This document shows positions 59,052 to 64,000 of a DNA stretch of 64,000 nt, one piece after another. The first letter of the stretch is position 1; each line of letters starts with the position of its first letter. The notes below the pieces were generated by a model that was not told where the DNA came from, ran no database searches, and saw only the letters and a list, made by a program, of their open reading frames with translations. Source of the stretch: a phage. The stretch lies in assembly GCA_024614665.1 (NCBI GenBank), contig GCA_024614665.1_4861.1; one strand, given 5' to 3'. The position numbers and the translations under genes were made by a program.

Positions 59052-59952
59052 CTTTTACAGTAAGGGAACCGTTTACTTCGATTTCAGCAGCAGTCATGTC
59101 TGCTTCTTTAACGAAGATACCGTCCGCGTTCAGGAAACCCTTACGGTCTTTGATTTCATCCCACGCCAAGGAGAAGCACTGTTCCAGAGTCATATCGTAC
59201 GCAATAGCCAGCGCATTGGCGTATTCGACCATCTGAGCGAAGTGACATTCGATCATTACCGCGTCGCTGTTCTCGAAGTGTTTATATTCGAGTTGCTTAG
59301 CTGAGTCGATGCCTGCCTGATCCCAGATATAATCAACCGCACAAGTAAGATGGAAACGCATTTTGTGGAACAGGTAATGACTGTTCCCGGCGTGTGGTTT
59401 CTTTGAACGTGCGTCGTTGACGTATGTGCTGATATCGGTTGAGTCAAACTTAATGAGTTCCATCAAGTTAACCAACACGACCAGAGCATCACCGATACCG
59501 TCCATGATGTAACGACGTTTGTTTTTACTGATACCGGTTGCCGCTTCACCGTCTTCTTCGTAGAGTTTGGTGGCTTGGCTATACCAGACGCCGTTATCCA
59601 GAATACCACGCGCTTTAGACCAACCCATAACGTTAGTAATACATTGTGGGATGGTGTACAAAGGTACGTAACGCGGACGATCAACCGTACCACGATACTC
59701 GACACCTTCCAACGTCCACGGCATTTCGAAATCATTTATTTCCAAACTCTGGTCGCCTGTGAATACTTTACCTTCGACGTAAGTGTGACCGGTTTCACTG
59801 TTCACGCACAGGGTGTACAGTTTCTCAAAGGACCACGGTTCAACAAACTGACGTTGGCAGAATCCAGCCAGAAGCTCATTAATCTGTGCCAGGTACTGGT
59901 TAGGTTCAACAATAACGTTATACGGAATCTGGATAATGAAACGGTCGCCCAT
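59011..59952 (-). CDS. hypothetical protein (313 aa) with possible MazG-like NTP pyrophosphohydrolase segment
   Basis: Weak motif resemblance only (KLYEEDGEAA ... IMDGIGDALVVLVNL resembles the EExGE / ELGD helices of MazG-type enzymes). Confidence 0.3.
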   Translation of the reverse strand: MGDRFIIQIPYNVIVEPNQYLAQINELLAGFCQRQFVEPWSFEKLYTLCVNSETGHTYVEGKVFTGDQSLEINDFEMPWTLEGVEYRGTVDRPRYVPLYTIPQCITNVMGWSKARGILDNGVWYSQATKLYEEDGEAATGISKNKRRYIMDGIGDALVVLVNLMELIKFDSTDISTYVNDARSKKPHAGNSHYLFHKMRFHLTCAVDYIWDQAGIDSAKQLEYKHFENSDAVMIECHFAQMVEYANALAIAYDMTLEQCFSLAWDEIKDRKGFLNADGIFVKEADMTAAEIEVNGSLTVKDEAFTDGEETVHG

Positions 59953-59967
59953 TTTGATAGCTCCTTA

Positions 59968-60006
59968 AACAAAAAAATAAGTAGGGTGTCCATATGGACA
60001 CCCTAA
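59968..60006 (-). terminator. candidate rho-independent terminator
   Basis: Hairpin TAGGGTGTCC-ATAT-GGACACCCTA with T-run on the minus strand. Confidence 0.45.
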
Positions 60007-60014
60007 TACGTATT

Positions 60015-60203
60015 TTAAATCTTGCACGCACCACCGGTGCAGTTGTCGTCGTCTTTCGACGGGTCAACGCCACCTTCCACACCTGCGTCAGGGTCAAGTC
60101 CAGGGATAACCATCTCGTCATCCGGAGACATGTTTACATCCGCACCTAACCCATCACGATACATGAACGTTGTGGCTTGCCCACGACCGAGTTCTCCAGC
60201 CAT
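60015..60203 (-). CDS. small acidic ORF (62 aa)
   Basis: ORF track only. Confidence 0.3.
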   Translation of the reverse strand: MAGELGRGQATTFMYRDGLGADVNMSPDDEMVIPGLDPDAGVEGGVDPSKDDDNCTGGACKI

Positions 60204-60215
60204 ATTTTCCTCTAC

Positions 60216-60695
60216 TTAATTAATCAGGTGTATCACAACGTCTGGCGTTACTACGTCGACCAGACTGCGATAGATTTTATCGTAACTGAACTTGTTGAAG
60301 AAGAAACCCGCTTCATCGACAATAACCAAGCCGAATTTCTCGTAGCCGGATATACCAGCACCCGTCGCGCGTTTCCAACCCTCAGGCAAGTAGTTACAGT
60401 GCACGGTCAGCCAACCGTTCCCAGCGGCTTTTTCATGGAATTTCTCCACCACTTCGCTCCGTAACGCTTCATTGTGAACCAGATACAGAACGCTGCCGTG
60501 GAACTTTGCTGACATATCAACAGCGTGTGTTGTAACGCCTTTCTGACGACCAGCGCCATAGCGGATAGTGCGGAACTCGCTCAGTGCAATATGCGGTAAA
60601 AAGCCACAGCTACGGGCTTCATCGGAGTCCAGTTCGATAAGACCTTTGGACAGTTCTTTTACTACGGCGCGATAATCGATCCGAGTTATAGACAT
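60216..60695 (-). CDS. hypothetical protein (159 aa) with Walker B-like LVIVDEAG
   Basis: ORF track; no clear Walker A. Confidence 0.45.
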   Translation of the reverse strand: MSITRIDYRAVVKELSKGLIELDSDEARSCGFLPHIALSEFRTIRYGAGRQKGVTTHAVDMSAKFHGSVLYLVHNEALRSEVVEKFHEKAAGNGWLTVHCNYLPEGWKRATGAGISGYEKFGLVIVDEAGFFFNKFSYDKIYRSLVDVVTPDVVIHLIN

Positions 60696-60706
60696 CTGTT
60701 TTCACC

Positions 60707-61504
60707 TTATTTGTAGTTAACCATATACGGCGCGCCCTGCTTAGTAAAGCCAACCGTCAGCTTGCTCGCCTCTTCTTTTACCCATGCGGGTAATTCTTCA
60801 CGGAATGCCGGGTTCAGGAACCAAATCTGCTCATAGCGCCCGTCAATCTTTTCAACAACACGTTCCCAACCTTCGACGTACGTCAACGAGAACCATTTAA
60901 AACGCGCATGGCGTGCCCAGTAGTGGTATTCGATGGTTCGACCGACGTGAGTCAATACATCAATCAGAACTTGGTAGAAGCTCGGCTTTCCGATGACATG
61001 GGTATACTCGAAGATAACAGACTCTTCGCCAGGGACGAAGTTATCTTCAAAATTCTTCTCCCCTGTTAAAGGTACCATTATCGTGTCGTTGTTGATACAC
61101 AGCAACCAGTGCTTATTCGAAAATATCGGCGTGTCGCCTGAGAAACGAGCCCAGCGATAATTTTCAATCGCGACGCCAATCTGTGGCCGTAATGTATCGA
61201 CCACCTTCGCTATCGCTGCAGGGTCTATCGGCTCATAGACCAGACAAATCGCTTGCACTTGCTCTCTTTCCTGCTCAGGTTCCGCAGGTCGTGGTCGCCG
61301 CCCCAGCATCAAAATCCCACTAAGATTAGTTTCCCCAATCTCAATGATTTCTATTTCGCTAGTAGGAAGCTGCCGTTTAGCGTCCTCCATGTCGACGGCT
61401 CCTAATAACCCGTATTCGTAGTCGTCGAATTCCACCGTGTAGAATTCATCGGAGAACGCAAAGAGTTTCATCATCTTATTTCTCCATTGTTTTAAAGAGA
61501 ACAT
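60707..61504 (-). CDS. hypothetical protein (265 aa)
   Basis: ORF track. Confidence 0.5.
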   Translation of the reverse strand: MFSLKQWRNKMMKLFAFSDEFYTVEFDDYEYGLLGAVDMEDAKRQLPTSEIEIIEIGETNLSGILMLGRRPRPAEPEQEREQVQAICLVYEPIDPAAIAKVVDTLRPQIGVAIENYRWARFSGDTPIFSNKHWLLCINNDTIMVPLTGEKNFEDNFVPGEESVIFEYTHVIGKPSFYQVLIDVLTHVGRTIEYHYWARHARFKWFSLTYVEGWERVVEKIDGRYEQIWFLNPAFREELPAWVKEEASKLTVGFTKQGAPYMVNYK

Positions 61505-61739
61505 CTACGCTATTACGGAGCATATTCAGTTCTTCTTCTTTCTTACGCAGCAGCATTTCAGGAGCGTTCTTTGCAAACTCTTTCAGTGCCATTTGGACGA
61601 CATGCGAATCGGTTTCGTCCGGGAACAGAGCTTTTAATGCGACCCATTCTTCCGCGGTGAATACGTCGCCCTTGCGGACATTACGCTGTTGTGGCAGTCG
61701 AATTGTTTTACTGAGACGGTCTGTCATAACTCCACCCAA
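61476..61739 (-). CDS. hypothetical protein (87 aa)
   Basis: ORF track. Confidence 0.4.
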   Translation of the reverse strand: MGGVMTDRLSKTIRLPQQRNVRKGDVFTAEEWVALKALFPDETDSHVVQMALKEFAKNAPEMLLRKKEEELNMLRNSVDVLFKTMEK

Positions 61740-62260
61740 ATCAGTTTAAAGGTATTACCTTCTAAGCCAGTAGGATGGATAATCATCGCTTCGGTATAGA
61801 TAGGCTCTTCTTCCGCAATACGGTGCTCAGCTGCTAAGCCTGAAAGGTGCATGTAGAGGTCTTCATCCATATCCCCGTTAAAAGACGAAGTCAGGATAAA
61901 GGGTGTGGACTCAGCGATTTGCAAAAGCGTTTCTTTGCTAATCTGTATTTCCATTGTCCGACGCCGTTCCATCCAGCTACCTTGCTCGTGGATATATGGG
62001 TCGGTATTAATGCGAACGACAGGTTCCGTAGACACACCCAGACCACGCGACATCATCTGGATAGCCAGAAGCGTCCACCATTCTTGTTCGGATATCGGGA
62101 AACCGATAGCCTTCATTGTACCGTCCGGTTGTGGAACGTGTAATTGTCCACGATGTTCGTCTGGAAGCTCGATGATCTTCTGTCCGTTGATAGGAATAAA
62201 CGGCGATTCGTCCGTAGCAACCGCCGCTTTAGGCTTGAAGGGAACGATGTTGTCAACCAT
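61724..62260 (-). CDS. hypothetical protein (178 aa)
   Basis: ORF track. Confidence 0.5.
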   Translation of the reverse strand: MVDNIVPFKPKAAVATDESPFIPINGQKIIELPDEHRGQLHVPQPDGTMKAIGFPISEQEWWTLLAIQMMSRGLGVSTEPVVRINTDPYIHEQGSWMERRRTMEIQISKETLLQIAESTPFILTSSFNGDMDEDLYMHLSGLAAEHRIAEEEPIYTEAMIIHPTGLEGNTFKLIWVEL

Positions 62261-62272
62261 AAACGCTCCTAA

Positions 62273-63310
62273 TTAGATAGCGACTGGTGCTTTAATTGGG
62301 TCGTGTGATACATAATCCCGGATCTCAAAATCTTCGAACTTATAATCGAAGATAGATTCCGGTTTACGCTTGATGACCAGTTTCGGTAAAGGTAAATGTT
62401 CGCGCGTCAGCTGCAGCTTGGCCTGCTCCAGATGGTTGGAGTACAGATGCACATCGCCGCCACTCCAAACGAAATCGCCCGGCACCATGTTAACTTGCTG
62501 TGCTACCATGTGTACGAGTAATGCGTAAGACGCGATGTTGAACGGTGTTCCCAGGAAGAAGTCTTGGGAACGTGCGTACAGTTGACATGAAAGAACGCGG
62601 CGAGGTATTTCAAGTGCGTCCATCTCAACGTGGAACACTGTGTCATCTGCTACAGCTTCATTACTAAAGCGGGAATCGTTAAATTGATCTGGAAGGTTCT
62701 TTTCAAACCAATCAAGACGCTCGTCGATAGACAGCTCACGAGTGTAGAACTGAAAGAACGCATGACACGGAGCTAACGCCATTTGATCCAACTCACCCAC
62801 GTTCCATGCGCTGACAATAATACGGCGACTGTCAGGATCGTTACGCAGCTGGTCAATCACCTTAGAGATCTGGTCGTGCTCTTTCAGAAGTACACGCGCA
62901 TCGAACATTTGTGAACCGTCGTCCGCGTCGCCATAATCCGCGTATCCAGCAGCTTGCAGTTTCTCGAGTAAAGCTGCATTTTTCTTAGGCACCAGTTTCA
63001 CATCTTTCCAACGTCTCCATTGTGCACCATACAGGGGTCCAAGGTTCCCATTCTCATCTTGCCACTCCCGCCAAATGGTAACGCCGTTATCTTCCAGATA
63101 TTTGGTGTTGGTATCACCACTAAGGAACCACAGCAATTCATGGATAATAGAACGCAGGTGGAGTTTCTTAGTCGTGACTAACGGGAAACCTTTACGCAAA
63201 TCAAAACGCATCTGGCGACCAAAGACAGAAAGCGTCCCCGTTCCAGTACGATCGCCTTTAACATGACCCTCGTCCAGAATGTTCTGCATCATCTCAAGAT
63301 ATTGTTTCAC
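62273..63310 (-). CDS. thyA: thymidylate synthase family protein (ThyA-like, about 345 aa with two insertions); could equally be a dUMP hydroxymethylase-type homologue
   Basis: [31 protein letters not shown] matches E. coli ThyA N-terminus [31 protein letters not shown] if translation starts at GTG 63310; active-site [12 protein letters not shown] and [30 protein letters not shown]-terminal KAPVAI conserved; two insertions of about 40-45 aa. Confidence 0.8.
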   Translation of the reverse strand: MKQYLEMMQNILDEGHVKGDRTGTGTLSVFGRQMRFDLRKGFPLVTTKKLHLRSIIHELLWFLSGDTNTKYLEDNGVTIWREWQDENGNLGPLYGAQWRRWKDVKLVPKKNAALLEKLQAAGYADYGDADDGSQMFDARVLLKEHDQISKVIDQLRNDPDSRRIIVSAWNVGELDQMALAPCHAFFQFYTRELSIDERLDWFEKNLPDQFNDSRFSNEAVADDTVFHVEMDALEIPRRVLSCQLYARSQDFFLGTPFNIASYALLVHMVAQQVNMVPGDFVWSGGDVHLYSNHLEQAKLQLTREHLPLPKLVIKRKPESIFDYKFEDFEIRDYVSHDPIKAPVAI

Positions 63311-63312
63311 AA

Positions 63313-64000
63313 TTATTTTCCTTTCAATAAATTCAAAATGTCTCTTAAATCGTCGTTCGCACAAATGTTTACAGCGTTACCATCGAACTTAACATCAACA
63401 CGAGGGTTACGATTGAACAACATTTGTTTTCTTACTATCCACGGTTCAAAGTGCGCCTTGAGAAGCTCTTGCAGCTTTTCGTTCATAATGTCCTCCATCC
63501 GCAGCAATAGCTGCGGCATGGCGACTTCACCGTTATGTTTGGTTTGTAAATCATTCGATGTGGCCAAAAGGCAATTTACAATAATGTCGTGAACTGACTC
63601 GTTGGTTTTGTACACCGCCTGATAGGTTTGTTTCGCCAAATCGTTGTCGGGTAACGGCAACGTTGCTTTAAGCAGTTCGCCGAGCGTGCTTAATGTTTCG
63701 GGAGTCTTAACGAGCTTACGATGACCGTTAAAAACAACGCGGTCAAACTCCAGCCCGCAGCGACACGCTAACAATTGATACTGCCTCATCAACTTACGAA
63801 GCAGCGCGCTGTAACTCTTAGGGTCGTGTTCTGGTTCTCGCAAAACAACACTAACGGCCTCGACCGCAATTAACATGAGTTGCTGCAGCTGCCCTTCTTT
63901 CGTTCCAGTTGTAGTACGAACGGATAGCGCGTCACTCAGCGGAACGATAATATCGCCGAAGTTAGAATGTGGACCGAGGTGTAGCAGCGCGGCAAATGTC
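63313..64000 (-). CDS. hypothetical protein, 5'-partial (frame open to window end)
   Basis: ORF track starts it at ATG 63876, but the same minus-strand frame is open with no stop from 64000; stop at 63313..63315 is 3 nt upstream of the thyA GTG start. Confidence 0.45.
   Translation of the reverse strand, partial: TFAALLHLGPHSNFGDIIVPLSDALSVRTTTGTKEGQLQQLMLIAVEAVSVVLREPEHDPKSYSALLRKLMRQYQLLACRCGLEFDRVVFNGHRKLVKTPETLSTLGELLKATLPLPDNDLAKQTYQAVYKTNESVHDIIVNCLLATSNDLQTKHNGEVAMPQLLLRMEDIMNEKLQELLKAHFEPWIVRKQMLFNRNPRVDVKFDGNAVNICANDDLRDILNLLKGK

Noticed and set aside
1-64000. Integrase, transposase or insertion-sequence boundaries; homing endonuclease in the intron
   Set aside because: No ORF with recognisable recombinase or HNH/GIY-YIG/LAGLIDADG motifs seen by eye and no terminal inverted repeats; the intron is too short to hold an endonuclease gene

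Overview
The window reads as a gene-dense segment of a large (jumbo-type) tailed phage with roughly 50% GC and enterobacterial-looking codon usage; host and family assignment are inference, not demonstrated. Most genes lie in minus-strand blocks separated by hairpin-plus-T-run terminators. What I can support directly: (1) two paralogous multisubunit-RNAP beta-prime N-terminal modules and a beta-like subunit, the arrangement known from phiKZ-like phages; (2) one beta-prime gene interrupted by a roughly 360-nt group I intron just upstream of the catalytic DFDGDQ motif, identified by P, Q, R and S core elements; (3) a 2373-aa protein with a lytic-transglycosylase domain; (4) a thymidylate-synthase-family gene with a conserved PCH active site and two insertions, plus candidate HD, HAD and MazG-like nucleotide enzymes; (5) an orphan HslV-like Ntn peptidase; (6) a tRNA-Trp gene and two degenerate tRNA-like elements inside a 3.7-kb ORF-poor island that also holds an AT-rich quasi-palindrome flanked by alternating purine-pyrimidine GC tracts. 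Tail sheath, tail tube and terminase calls rest on size, order and weak motifs only. The strongest candidates for something undescribed are the intron-split RNAP gene and the ORF-poor island around the tRNAs. No CRISPR array, transposase or integrase was found. All CDS coordinates come from the supplied ORF track, with several starts corrected by eye; no database search was possible, so functions are motif- and context-based.
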